This document shows positions 9,553 to 19,884 of a stretch of 64,000 bases of DNA, in pieces. Where the stretch lies: IMG/VR virus record IMGVR_UViG_2675903433_000022. The stretch is one strand, 5' to 3'. Position 1 is the first letter of the stretch. Every line of letters starts with the position of its first letter. The position numbers were made by a program, and so were the translations under genes. Under the pieces are notes generated by a model. That model was not told the DNA's origin. It did no database searches and worked only from the letters and a program-made list of their open reading frames with translations. This DNA comes from a virus. Its lineage: Duplodnaviria; Heunggongvirae; Uroviricota; Caudoviricetes.

Positions 9553-9625
9553 GATCGGGGATCTTATTTGATCTATACAAGGATCTATCTATGGATCTCT
9601 TTATTAGGATCTATCCTGTGGATAT
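9553..9625. other. candidate plasmid replication origin core: six GATC sites in heptamer-like repeats plus DnaA-box-like TGTGGATAT
   Basis: GATC at ~9553, 9560, 9570, 9582, 9594, 9608 followed by TGTGGATAT (8/9 match to TGTGGATAA) at ~9617; adjacent to the upstream iterons as in P1 oriR. Confidence 0.6.
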
Positions 9626-9711
9626 GTGAATAATTAAAACAGGCATTTACTACCTTCGGCGCACCTGGTGGGTTATCGTTGCCTCGGCTAACAATCACAG
9701 AAAAATGACAT

Positions 9712-10356
9712 ATGGATCTAAAACGCACGCGCTGGGTTCGTCGTCTTGAAGACGGCTCCTACACTATCGAATCAAATTCCAACCTGAATAAGCAGAAGTT
9801 GCTTTGTGACATCTGCGGTATAGCGGCGAAGTGCCCGATCTACGAAACCAGAATTAAACTTGATAAGGCTGGTGTGAATTTTCATTTAAACAGTTGCATC
9901 AGGTACGTTCCATTGCTCGCATTTCGTAAACCGATCATCGGATTAGATGCACCCTACTTCAACACACTCCGTTCAGGTGTGACGTGGCGAGATCGTTTAT
10001 CACCAGACAAGCTGATTTGCCTTGTATCCGCAGACACAGGGAAAATCATCCGTTTTGGGAAAGTAGACAAGGTTTACTCAGGTCCAGTAGACGAAATGTT
10101 GCGGAAACACAGCCGGTTTAATCATCTCTGTATGGGTGGTGAGAAAATCGAGAAGGTAGAAGAAGTGATCCGCAAATCCTACGGACACTTCCTGAACAAA
10201 GATAGCCTGCTCACCGCAATCTACATCAGACATGTAAAACGTGAGTTCGACCTCGAATACCACAGTGAAGAAGAACTTAACCTTGTTGACCCACGTCCAA
10301 AAGCTGGCGTCATAAGCATAAACGCAGCGCGTAAAAAGCCCACTGACGCGCTGTAA
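9712..10356 (+). CDS. hypothetical protein
   Basis: Track ORF 214 aa. Confidence 0.55.
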   Translation: MDLKRTRWVRRLEDGSYTIESNSNLNKQKLLCDICGIAAKCPIYETRIKLDKAGVNFHLNSCIRYVPLLAFRKPIIGLDAPYFNTLRSGVTWRDRLSPDKLICLVSADTGKIIRFGKVDKVYSGPVDEMLRKHSRFNHLCMGGEKIEKVEEVIRKSYGHFLNKDSLLTAIYIRHVKREFDLEYHSEEELNLVDPRPKAGVISINAARKKPTDAL

Positions 10357-10611
10357 CCCTCCAGATCGCATATTGGCGTAGATAGAATCTACGCCTCCTC
10401 AAAATAGCTCTCATAGCGTTTTACAGTGATCCTGTCTTATTTTTAGTCATACAGACAAGCAAAGTTGCGCCACAATAAATAGGTATATACTTACTTATAA
10501 ATTTTGTATATTAAGGCGCTCGTTTTCATTCCTAACATACCGTTATGCATAGTTGTTTACCTTCTCATTGCTCTTAGAATTTGTATCAAAATAACCACAA
10601 AGGAAAAACAC

Positions 10612-11697
10612 ATGACTTTGCCTTACGGCGTCATTTCTGACTGCCACTACCACAAATGGGATGCGTTCTCCACGACGAACGCTGAGGGGCTTAACTCCAG
10701 ACTTGAAATACAGTTGGAGGCAACGAAAGAAGCAGCCATCGCCATGAAGAAGGCCGGTTGTAAGTACATGTTGGTTGCCGGTGATACATTTCACGTCCGA
10801 GGAACTGTGTCCCCTTCTGTTTTGCATTACGTAACTGAAACGTACAAGTGGATTATCAACGAGCTTGATCTGACAGTAGTAATGCTGGCCGGTAATCACG
10901 ATCTTGAAACCAACGATTCAGTATATAGCGCCAACGCAGCAGCATCGCTGAGTTCTATCGGCGTGGTAATCGTATGTGGCAAGCGCCCACACTCAATAAA
11001 AATTGGTGATGTGACTGTCCACCTGATTAGCTGGCGTAACAATCATGCGGAGCTTATCAGCGATCTGAAAGCATTACGTAAGAGCGTAGAAGGTGATAAT
11101 CATGACGTTGTTATCCATACATCCATTAACAAAGCCATTCCAACAATGCCTGACGTCGGTATCGATGCGCAGGAGTTAAAGGATATCGGCTTTCGTCTCG
11201 TGCTTAGTGGGCATTACCACAACCACAAAGAGGTCATTCCTGGAGTTATCAGTGTCGGTGCGCTGACCCATCAAAATTGGGGAGATGTTGGATCTCTGGC
11301 TGGTTACATGATCGTAAACCCGGACGGCAGTTTCAGTCACTACGAAACCAGTGCGCCTAAATTCATTAACCTGGAAGATGATGTTGCTGATGACCAAATT
11401 CGCGGCAACTACGTGCGTTTCCGTGCCGTAATTGAGAACGATGAAGAAGGCATTAAGTACCAGAACATCCTCAAAACAATGGGTGCAAAAGGTGTCGTGT
11501 GCAACTTCATCCGTAAGTCATCAATGATGGAAGGGACAGCCAGCACAACTGAAACCAGCAAAATCGATAGCCTGGGAGAGTCGGTATCTGCTTATTGCAA
11601 GATTGTCCACGATACTGACGGCGGATTTGATCTGAGCAAGTTGGATATTTTGTGTCAGGAAATCCTCACCGAAGCGGAGAGTTCGGAGGCTGTGTGA
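10612..11697 (+). CDS. SbcD/Mre11-like metallophosphoesterase nuclease
   Basis: Track ORF 10504..11697, start moved to ATG 10612 after AAAGGAAAAACACATG; calcineurin-like motifs DCHYH, GDTFH, GNHD, GHYHNH. Confidence 0.8.
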   Translation: MTLPYGVISDCHYHKWDAFSTTNAEGLNSRLEIQLEATKEAAIAMKKAGCKYMLVAGDTFHVRGTVSPSVLHYVTETYKWIINELDLTVVMLAGNHDLETNDSVYSANAAASLSSIGVVIVCGKRPHSIKIGDVTVHLISWRNNHAELISDLKALRKSVEGDNHDVVIHTSINKAIPTMPDVGIDAQELKDIGFRLVLSGHYHNHKEVIPGVISVGALTHQNWGDVGSLAGYMIVNPDGSFSHYETSAPKFINLEDDVADDQIRGNYVRFRAVIENDEEGIKYQNILKTMGAKGVVCNFIRKSSMMEGTASTTETSKIDSLGESVSAYCKIVHDTDGGFDLSKLDILCQEILTEAESSEAV

Positions 11698-11926
11698 AGC
11701 AAAGTCGTTATGGGAGCTTTCGAGACTTTGCCATCACGATGAAAAGACTTGAACGAGGCCAGACGGTGATGTTTCACAAGCCCTACCCGCCACAAGGAAA
11801 TCCCGTAGCGTTTTATCTTGGAAGGTTAACCAGAAAAGGCGTATTGAGGCGCAGATCCTTCCCGGCGCATACGGAGTTCAGATTGAAAGAAGGCCAAAAA
11901 CTAACACACGGTATCAGAGGTGTTAT

Positions 11927-13843
11927 ATGAAGTTTTTAAAACTCCAGGTTGAGAATTTTATGGCTATCGCCAGCGCGGAGGTCGAGTTAGATCAGCGTGG
12001 TTTAGTGCTCATTCAGGGTGTTAATAGTGATGATAGTTCCGCATCAAGCAATGGCTCTGGAAAGTCAACGCTAATGAATAGCCTGATGTGGTGTCTTTAT
12101 GGCGAAACAGCTCATGGTGTGAAGGGTGACGATGTGTTGTCTACCGACCATGAAAAGAACTGTCGTGTTGCAGTAACCATCGAGGATGAAGGCAAGAGAT
12201 ACGCAATCATTCGTCACCGTAAACACAAAGAGTTCAAAAATCGTCTTATCGTTCGTGGTGAAGATGGCGATATGACGAAAGGCAAAGATGCGCTGACGCA
12301 GGAGTTCGTTGAGCGTCTGATCGGTGCATCTAAAGAGGTTTTCATGGCTTCCATCTATGCGAGCCAAGAAGCTATGCCAGATTTACCTGGAATGTCCGAC
12401 AAAAACCTCAAAACCATCGTAGAAGAAGCCGCTGGCGTTGACAGACTGACACGCGCCTACGCTATTGCTCGTGAGCGAGCTAATGCAGCTGCCGCACGTA
12501 TGGATGTGGTTAAAACCAAATTGGAGTCGACAATCTCGACCATTGAGGCAACACAGTCAGAAATTGAGTCAGCGAAAGCCTCCTCTGAATCATGGGAACA
12601 AGAGCGTTCTAAACGTTATGACGATGCCCTGGCTGGGCTGGCCAGTGCCGAAGTTGAGTTAACGGAAGTTGAACTTGAGATCCGCACTCTTCCCGAACAG
12701 ATCCGTGATACCGAGAAGGCAATCGAAAGTGAGCGCAAAAAGTTAGCCTCAAAAGAAGAACATGACGCCAAGTTGCTCAAAGTTCGTGGTGCGATAACTG
12801 ATATTCGGGCAAGCATCAAAGCTACAGAAAATAGTCAGGCTGATGCAATGAACCGCGCGCGTAATTTTAAGACCAAAGCAGAAGAGGTTGGTACTAAAGT
12901 GGGATCACCATGCCCTACTTGTGGCAAAGCCTACTGCGAAGAAGATCTATCAACGGTGAAGGAGAATTTCATTGAACAAGCACGTCAGGAAATTGGTCAG
13001 GCGAAGACACTTGCAGAGGCAATGGCTAAACACAAAACGAATCTTGAGAAAGCGTTAAGCATTGAGTCTGCCCTTGTTAAAACGACACCTGATGTAACGG
13101 CTATCATTGCCCGGATTGAAGAGCTTACGAAACAACTCTCATCTTTGCGTCATCGTGAGAAGGAGGTTGTTGCTATTGAGTCTCTTGTGACTCGTGCTCG
13201 TACTGAGGTCGATCGTATATCAAAAGAGATTAATCCGTTTATTGCTCTTATCGCCAGACACGAAGATAACCTGGTATCCAGTAAGTCTACCTTCAAGTCC
13301 TTAAAAGATGAGTTGAAGGCTATTCAGGAACAAACGTTGCTATTGGAAAAAGCTCGTCAGGTCTACTCTCCTGCCGGGGTGCGTTCTCATATTTTGACGT
13401 CTGTTACGCCTTTCCTGAATACACGCACTGCCGAGTATCTCAATACGTTGTCTGACGGGAATATTACTGCTGAGTGGTCGACGATGGATGTCACTAAAAA
13501 AGGTGAGTATCGCGACAAATTCAACATTAGTGTGCAGAAGAAAGGTTCAAGTAAGTCGTTCCAGACCCTCTCTGGTGGTGAGAAGCGGAAGGTTCGCATT
13601 GCGTGTTCTTTGGCATTGCAGGATCTGGTTAGTAACCGGGCGAGTAAAAACATCGATTTGTTTATCGGCGACGAAATTGACGATGCACTCGATACAGCCG
13701 GTCTTGAACGCCTCATGGGTATTCTGGAGTCCAAAGCTCGCGAGCGAGGTACTGTGCTGATTATCTCCCATAAAGAGATGAAGTCATGGTTCCGGGAAAC
13801 TATTACGCTGGAAGTTAAAGAGGGGCGCAGCTATGTCGTTTAA
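11927..13843 (+). CDS. SbcC/Rad50-like ATPase
   Basis: Walker A GSGKST, central coiled coil with zinc hook CPTCGK, signature LSGGEKRK, Walker B DEIDDALD. Confidence 0.85.
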   Translation: MKFLKLQVENFMAIASAEVELDQRGLVLIQGVNSDDSSASSNGSGKSTLMNSLMWCLYGETAHGVKGDDVLSTDHEKNCRVAVTIEDEGKRYAIIRHRKHKEFKNRLIVRGEDGDMTKGKDALTQEFVERLIGASKEVFMASIYASQEAMPDLPGMSDKNLKTIVEEAAGVDRLTRAYAIARERANAAAARMDVVKTKLESTISTIEATQSEIESAKASSESWEQERSKRYDDALAGLASAEVELTEVELEIRTLPEQIRDTEKAIESERKKLASKEEHDAKLLKVRGAITDIRASIKATENSQADAMNRARNFKTKAEEVGTKVGSPCPTCGKAYCEEDLSTVKENFIEQARQEIGQAKTLAEAMAKHKTNLEKALSIESALVKTTPDVTAIIARIEELTKQLSSLRHREKEVVAIESLVTRARTEVDRISKEINPFIALIARHEDNLVSSKSTFKSLKDELKAIQEQTLLLEKARQVYSPAGVRSHILTSVTPFLNTRTAEYLNTLSDGNITAEWSTMDVTKKGEYRDKFNISVQKKGSSKSFQTLSGGEKRKVRIACSLALQDLVSNRASKNIDLFIGDEIDDALDTAGLERLMGILESKARERGTVLIISHKEMKSWFRETITLEVKEGRSYVV

Positions 13844-14576
13844 ATTAAGCCGCTCGCAGTTTTTGCAGGTATTTGCAGTGATGCAGTCGATAAAACTGAT
13901 CAATGGGCATACTTCCAATGGTGCGGCTCCACGTATTCTGTGGGGCAGCAACAATATTGACGGAGTACAATTCGCCGCGTTGCTTGGTCTAATATCCGAG
14001 ACGCCATTGATGCAAAGTTTGAAATCACTACCACCTGGATGTATTGCGCCGATCCTGATTAATCCTTTTGTTGAGGGGGGATATCTTCCCAGCGTCGGGC
14101 CTGGGTTTATTGCATCCCATGAAACTGAAGATCTTAACATTAATAGCGAAGGGTTCTTTGGGGGAATGGGTGCGCATCACTGTATGGCTTTCACGAACCT
14201 TATTCGACTTGCCAATAAGCGGGTGGATAGTTTGGCATCGCCAGGTGATGCTTTTACTGGTTTCCTTATCCAAAGGAGGGATAAAAAGTACAGTGCGGAC
14301 AAACTACAGTTTGTTGGTAAGTATGGAGAAATGGTAGAAATCGAACTTCAGCTCCCTCATGTTTTAGCAAACGATAGTGCAGACAGTCGGAGGCTGTTGG
14401 GCATCATGCGTCATTTCATAGCAAGTGGTGTTAAACATGCCGCAGATAAACGTGTCACGCAGGAAAATGAGTATTCAGACTTTGCAAACTATCCCCAACC
14501 AACGTTGCAAACGGCAATAGTAGCCAATTCGTTGGAGGCGAGATTATTGGAAAACCCTATATGGGGAACATGGTAA
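13833..14576 (+). CDS. hypothetical protein
   Basis: Track ORF 247 aa; start overlaps the SbcC-like stop. Confidence 0.5.
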   Translation: MSFKLSRSQFLQVFAVMQSIKLINGHTSNGAAPRILWGSNNIDGVQFAALLGLISETPLMQSLKSLPPGCIAPILINPFVEGGYLPSVGPGFIASHETEDLNINSEGFFGGMGAHHCMAFTNLIRLANKRVDSLASPGDAFTGFLIQRRDKKYSADKLQFVGKYGEMVEIELQLPHVLANDSADSRRLLGIMRHFIASGVKHAADKRVTQENEYSDFANYPQPTLQTAIVANSLEARLLENPIWGTW

Positions 14577-14585
14577 GGAGACTAT

Positions 14586-15155
14586 ATGAGTAAAAAAATC
14601 AGCGTAGTTGGTGTTGATCCCTCAATGAGCAACTTTGGGCTTGCTGTGGGCACTTTAGACCTTGAGACGGACGAACTTGAGATTCACGGCCTTACTCTTG
14701 TTGAGACTAAAGCGGGGAGTAACAAAAAGACCGTTCGTGTGAACAGTGACGATCTGCGCCGAGCCAGTGAAATATGGCGTGTTGCGAAGCCAATCATTGA
14801 TAAGGCAAATATGGTTTTTTGTGAGCTACCGGTTGGGAGCCAAAACTCTCGTTCGCAGACGTCTTACGGTATTTGTATCGGTGTACTTGCGTGTGTGGAT
14901 AAGCCATTGATCCAGGTTACTCCAAACGAAATCAAGCATTTTGTCGGCAATAAACTTACTACATCGAAAGAAGAGATTATCCAGTGGGCTACGAAAAAAC
15001 ACCCTAAAGCACCGTGGCTGCGTCGTAAGCAATCTGGACAGGATGTTCTCGTGAACAAAAACGAACATTTGGCTGATGCGGTGGCTGCCATCCATACCGG
15101 TATGCAAACAGATCAGTTCCGCCAGGTGCGCGATGTTCTTAAGTCTCTCATTTGA
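14586..15155 (+). CDS. RuvC-like Holliday junction resolvase
   Basis: N-terminal VVGVDPSMSNFGLAV and C-terminal EHLADAVAAIHTG parallel RuvC GIDPGS..GYGV and ADALAIAITH. Confidence 0.65.
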   Translation: MSKKISVVGVDPSMSNFGLAVGTLDLETDELEIHGLTLVETKAGSNKKTVRVNSDDLRRASEIWRVAKPIIDKANMVFCELPVGSQNSRSQTSYGICIGVLACVDKPLIQVTPNEIKHFVGNKLTTSKEEIIQWATKKHPKAPWLRRKQSGQDVLVNKNEHLADAVAAIHTGMQTDQFRQVRDVLKSLI

Positions 15156-15228
15156 TTTCATTGATAGGTAAGTGCTTATCTATTAACATGGGCCACTATA
15201 TTTAGTGGCCCTCTTTATTTGGTGATAC

Positions 15229-17544
15229 ATGATAAGCATCGTAAAACGTAACGGCCAAACAGAGCCGTTATCCGAAGAAAAATACAACCGCGTCGTAATG
15301 TATGGCGTAGAAGGCATTCGTGGTGTAAGCGCATCCGCTGTAGCAATGGGAGCTGCGGCCAGCATTTTTGATGGGATTACCACCAGCCAGTTGCATGAGG
15401 CTTTGGTTAAATCTGCCGCTGATTTGATCTCACCAGAAGCACCAAATTACTCACAGGTGGCTGCCCGCCTGAACATTTTTAAAATCCGCAAAGATGCCTT
15501 CGGTCGTTACGACTATCCGAACTTCTACCAACACATTGTCAAGAACGTTAACAAGGGCGTTTATGACAAGGATTTGCTGACACATTATTCGTTTGAAGAG
15601 ATCGAAGAACTCGGCAATTACATTAAGCCGAAACGTGACGATCTTTTTGGCTATGCAGCTACGGTGCAGTTGCAAAGCAAATACCTCGTTCAAAACCGTG
15701 TTACTGGTGAGATTCATGAGGGGCCGCAACATATCTATATGCTGGTAGGCATGTGTCTGTTCCAGAATTGGGAAGACGACTGCGCTGGCAAAACACGTAT
15801 GGAGATGGTCAAAGGTTTCTATGACGTTACAAGTACGTTCAAACTGTCTCTGCCCACACCAATCATGGCCGGCGTCCGTACTCCAACCCGTCAGTTCTCC
15901 AGTTGTGTGCTGATTGAGTCTGGCGATAGTCTGAAAGGGATTAGTGCAGCTTCAGCCGCAATTATCGACTACGTTTCACGTCGTGCTGGAATTGGTATTG
16001 GTTTTGGCCGTATCCGTGCGCTGGGCAGCGAGATCCGCAATGGTGAAGCCACCCATACCGGAGTTATTCCATTCCTGAAGCATTTCCAGACGGCTGTTAA
16101 ATCTTGTTCGCAAGGTGGTGTTCGTGGTGGCGCAGCAACAGCGTTTTACCCGATCTGGCATCTTGAAGTTGAAAGTCTGCTGGTGGTGAAAAATAACCGT
16201 GGTATTGATGAAAACCGCGTTCGCCATCTTGATTACGGCGTCATGAGTAACCGTCTAATGTACCGTCGACTCGTCAGAAGCGAGAACATCACTCTGTTCA
16301 GCCCGCATGATGTGCCTGATATGTACGAAGCCTTCTTCACAGACCAGGAGCTGTTTGAAAAGCTGTACCATAAATACGAAGCCGATGATTCAATTCGCAA
16401 GAAGTCAGTACCTGCCATTGAGCTGTTCTCATCTCTGATGCAGGAACGAGCGTCCACGGGCCGAATTTATATTGCGAACGTCGATCATATTAATGAGCAT
16501 GGCGCTTTCATTCCTGCTCTTGCACCTGTCCGCCAGTCAAACCTGTGTATGGAGATCACCCTACCCACCCGTCCACTGGCATTTACCGACGACCCGAACG
16601 GTGAGATCGCGCTATGCACTTTATCCGCTTTTAACCTCGGAGCCATCCGTTCACTGGAGTCTCTTAAAGAGGTGGCGTTCTATGCCGTTGCTGCACTGGA
16701 TTCGTTACTGGATTATCAAGACTATCCGATGGAGGCAGCCGAAGTGCCTGCCAAAGCTCGTCGTAGCTTGGGAATTGGTGTAACCAACTTTGCTTATTAC
16801 CTGGCAAAGAATGGCGTTCGTTATTCTGATACCGCTGGCAATAAACTGGTGCATGAAACATTCGAAGCTATCCAGTATTACCTTCTTGATGCCAGCTGCC
16901 GACTTGCTGAAGCAAAAGGTGAGTGTGACTGGTTTGAGCAGACCAAGTACGCAATTGGTCAGTTGCCGATCGACCATTACCGTTCTTCATTAGACGAAAG
17001 TGGCGAAACCAACTTTGAGTTAAAAATGCCGTGGGAAGAACTGCGTGAACGTATTGCAAAATACGGCCTTCGCAACTCCACACTGACGGCACAAATGCCA
17101 TGCGAGACTTCCAGCCAGATCACTAATTCCACCAACGGCATCGAACCGCCTCGTGGCCCGGTGTCGGTGAAATCTTCTAAGGACGGCATCGTTAAGATGG
17201 TCGTGCCTGAGTTTGAAAAACTGAAGGAACAGTATGAATACCTGTGGGACATGCCGGACAACCGCGGCTATCTGACAAAGGTGGCGATCATCCAGAAGTT
17301 CTTTGACCAGGCTATTTCAGCTAATACCAACTATGACCCTTCTCGCTTTGAAGGCGATAAAGTCCCAATGATGACGCTACTGTCAGATTTGCTTCTTGCC
17401 TACAAGATGGGAGTTAAAACGCTTTACTACCACAACACCAGAGATGGTGCAGGAAAGCGTGATGACGACGAACCGCAGAATCCGCTTACGCAAGCTGTTG
17501 CCGTCGAGCCAGAAGATGAGTGCGACGGAGCCTGCAAAATCTGA
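15229..17544 (+). CDS. nrdA: ribonucleotide reductase class Ia large subunit
   Basis: 771 aa; ATP-cone-like N-terminus, NLCMEITLPT active-site region, C-terminal CDGACKI tail as in NrdA. Confidence 0.9.
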   Translation: MISIVKRNGQTEPLSEEKYNRVVMYGVEGIRGVSASAVAMGAAASIFDGITTSQLHEALVKSAADLISPEAPNYSQVAARLNIFKIRKDAFGRYDYPNFYQHIVKNVNKGVYDKDLLTHYSFEEIEELGNYIKPKRDDLFGYAATVQLQSKYLVQNRVTGEIHEGPQHIYMLVGMCLFQNWEDDCAGKTRMEMVKGFYDVTSTFKLSLPTPIMAGVRTPTRQFSSCVLIESGDSLKGISAASAAIIDYVSRRAGIGIGFGRIRALGSEIRNGEATHTGVIPFLKHFQTAVKSCSQGGVRGGAATAFYPIWHLEVESLLVVKNNRGIDENRVRHLDYGVMSNRLMYRRLVRSENITLFSPHDVPDMYEAFFTDQELFEKLYHKYEADDSIRKKSVPAIELFSSLMQERASTGRIYIANVDHINEHGAFIPALAPVRQSNLCMEITLPTRPLAFTDDPNGEIALCTLSAFNLGAIRSLESLKEVAFYAVAALDSLLDYQDYPMEAAEVPAKARRSLGIGVTNFAYYLAKNGVRYSDTAGNKLVHETFEAIQYYLLDASCRLAEAKGECDWFEQTKYAIGQLPIDHYRSSLDESGETNFELKMPWEELRERIAKYGLRNSTLTAQMPCETSSQITNSTNGIEPPRGPVSVKSSKDGIVKMVVPEFEKLKEQYEYLWDMPDNRGYLTKVAIIQKFFDQAISANTNYDPSRFEGDKVPMMTLLSDLLLAYKMGVKTLYYHNTRDGAGKRDDDEPQNPLTQAVAVEPEDECDGACKI

Positions 17545-17650
17545 CATATGGTGGGGGATATCCCCACCTTCTCTTTGATTTGTAAGCCTTGTTTAAACAC
17601 ATAAGATAACAACTTGTTTAAACGCACCAAAAAAGAAAAAGGAAAAACAC

Positions 17651-18793
17651 ATGTCATATTCAACGTTCCGTTTGGGTGCTAATGATGCAACCAAAGAGCC
17701 TATGTTCCTCGGACAATCTGTCAACGTGGCACGTTACGATCAGCAAAAATACCGTGATTTTGAAAAGTTGATTGAACGTCAATTGTCTTTCTTCTGGCGG
17801 CCGGAAGAAGTTGATATTTCGAGCGATCGTATCGACTTCAACACGAAGCTGCGGGACCACGAACGTCACATTTTTCTGAGCAATCTCCGTTATCAAACGT
17901 TACTCGATTCAGTTCAGGGACGTAGCCCAAATGCAACGCTGCTGCCGCTTATCTCTATTCCTGAACTGGAAACGTGGGTTGAAACATGGTCTTTCTCTGA
18001 GACTATCCATAGCCGCAGCTACACCCACATTATTCGTGGCATGGTGGACGATCCGAGCATTGTTTTTGACGGTATTGTTACGGATGAAGAAATCATCAAC
18101 CGAGCGATCAGTATCTCTGCTGAATATGACAGGCTTTATGGGATGACCTGCGAGCGCCAGTCGTTAGGTGAGAAGGAGTTTGAACGTCTGTACGTAAATG
18201 AATATGGCTGGGAGCCATACCCTTTGCACCGTCAGCTTTTCCGCACGTTGGTGTCCATTAATGCGCTTGAGGCGATCCGTTTCTATGTAAGTTTTGCATG
18301 TACGTTTGCCTTTGGCGAACGGAAGTTGCTTGAGGGTAACACCAAAATTATGCGCTTTATTGCCCGTGATGAAGCTCTGCATTGCGAAGGAACTGAACGC
18401 ATGATCCGCTTCATGCGTACCGGTCGCGAAGGTTTATTGTGGAAAGAGATTGCTGCTGATGAAGAAAACGTCATTTACGACACCATGAAATCAGTCGCCG
18501 AACAAGAAATGAACTGGGCAGACTATCTCTTCAAAGACGGTTCGATGATTGGTTTAAACGCGGATATTCTGAAGACCTATGTAAAATACCGAACCAATCT
18601 GGCTATGAATCGTCTTGGCCTGAAGGCTTTATTTCCAGAGGTTACCACCGATCCGCTGGTCTGGATGAACAAGTGGTTGTTAACCGACACACTGCAAATT
18701 GCACCACAAGAGGCAGAGCAAAGCACATATCTGGTAGGTCAGATCGATTCTACCGTGGATAAGGCTTCTCTAAGCCAGTTTGCTGACCTGTAA
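17651..18793 (+). CDS. nrdB: ribonucleotide reductase class Ia small subunit
   Basis: 380 aa; length and iron-ligand region [11 protein letters not shown] consistent with NrdB; directly after nrdA. Confidence 0.9.
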   Translation: MSYSTFRLGANDATKEPMFLGQSVNVARYDQQKYRDFEKLIERQLSFFWRPEEVDISSDRIDFNTKLRDHERHIFLSNLRYQTLLDSVQGRSPNATLLPLISIPELETWVETWSFSETIHSRSYTHIIRGMVDDPSIVFDGIVTDEEIINRAISISAEYDRLYGMTCERQSLGEKEFERLYVNEYGWEPYPLHRQLFRTLVSINALEAIRFYVSFACTFAFGERKLLEGNTKIMRFIARDEALHCEGTERMIRFMRTGREGLLWKEIAADEENVIYDTMKSVAEQEMNWADYLFKDGSMIGLNADILKTYVKYRTNLAMNRLGLKALFPEVTTDPLVWMNKWLLTDTLQIAPQEAEQSTYLVGQIDSTVDKASLSQFADL

Positions 18794-18870
18794 ACCGATA
18801 CAAAGCATTATGTGGCCTGGCAACGCTGGGCCACAATGGATCACAAGAATTAAGAAGGAACAAAACTAGC

Positions 18871-19740
18871 ATGAACTTTACCAAACTGACTGACCACCTG
18901 AAACTTGCCACCGATCGACTCATTGGATTTAAGCCAGAACCATATGAGTTGCATGAAGGTCATGGTGTAGCTACTGAAAGTATTTACAAGATGGTCGATC
19001 AGTTTCATGAACTCTTCCAGCATCCGAGACGCGTTATGCCGACACCAGAGCTGCTTCGTCTCCGTGCAAGCCTGATTCATGAAGAAGCTGTAGTGGAAGG
19101 TATTCCAGCTGCAATGAATGGGGATATTGAGCAACTGCTGGATGCAATGGCCGACTTTTTATACGTTGGTGTTGGTACGATGGTCGCCATCAAAGGTGGT
19201 ATATCTACCGGCATGACCTATTACACGCAGGAACAGAGCATTGATCGCTTTATGCAGACAATTTTTGTGCCCGGTAACACTGTTTTCGATGATATGGCAA
19301 TGCCATTTCAGGAAGCTCGTGAGGCGTCATGTATGCTCGAAGAGCTGGCAGATAAACTTGAGAACAAGACTGTTAAGGATTCTGAGCTGATTCAGGAACT
19401 GCGCCGTGTCATGAACAAAATCTATGTGGCGTGCATGATGACCTATCGACTGGCTGATTTCCTCGGTATCAATGTAGTCGAGCTGGTTGGCGAAATTCAT
19501 CGGTCTAACATGACAAAATTATGGCCTGCTGATGTAGAGGAACGTCGCCAGGCTGTGGCCAACTGCAAATACGACTCTTCAGACCTGGGATTTCGCCATG
19601 CTGATGGTACCGATAAGATGATCGGTTTTCGAATTTCCGATGGAAAGATTCTGAAGTCTCCAACCTATAGTGATGTCGATTTATCCTCCTTTGTTGAGCA
19701 AGCTAAAGCCTCAGCAATGTACGGAATGATCAAAAAATAA
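18871..19740 (+). CDS. putative all-alpha NTP pyrophosphohydrolase (MazG/dimeric dUTPase-like); tentative
   Basis: Acidic motif pattern IHEEAVVEG...DIEQLLDAMADFLYV resembles the EExxE...ExxD metal-binding motifs; sits between nrdB and the thymidylate synthase. Confidence 0.4.
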   Translation: MNFTKLTDHLKLATDRLIGFKPEPYELHEGHGVATESIYKMVDQFHELFQHPRRVMPTPELLRLRASLIHEEAVVEGIPAAMNGDIEQLLDAMADFLYVGVGTMVAIKGGISTGMTYYTQEQSIDRFMQTIFVPGNTVFDDMAMPFQEAREASCMLEELADKLENKTVKDSELIQELRRVMNKIYVACMMTYRLADFLGINVVELVGEIHRSNMTKLWPADVEERRQAVANCKYDSSDLGFRHADGTDKMIGFRISDGKILKSPTYSDVDLSSFVEQAKASAMYGMIKK

Positions 19741-19884
19741 TTGTAGGTAGTTATCTATCTATGTATATTGTGTTGGCGCGTTAAATTCCTGAAACAACTA
19801 TTCGTTTTTGGTGGCCTATGGCCACCATTTTTTTATCTATCTGGCCTTGTTCCCTCAATAAATGTAAACTCACTTAATGAATAA

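Noticed and set aside
9194-9629. Plus-strand ORFs 9194..9418, 9265..9465 and 9381..9629
   Set aside because: They overlap the RepA-like gene antisense or run through the iterons and GATC origin region
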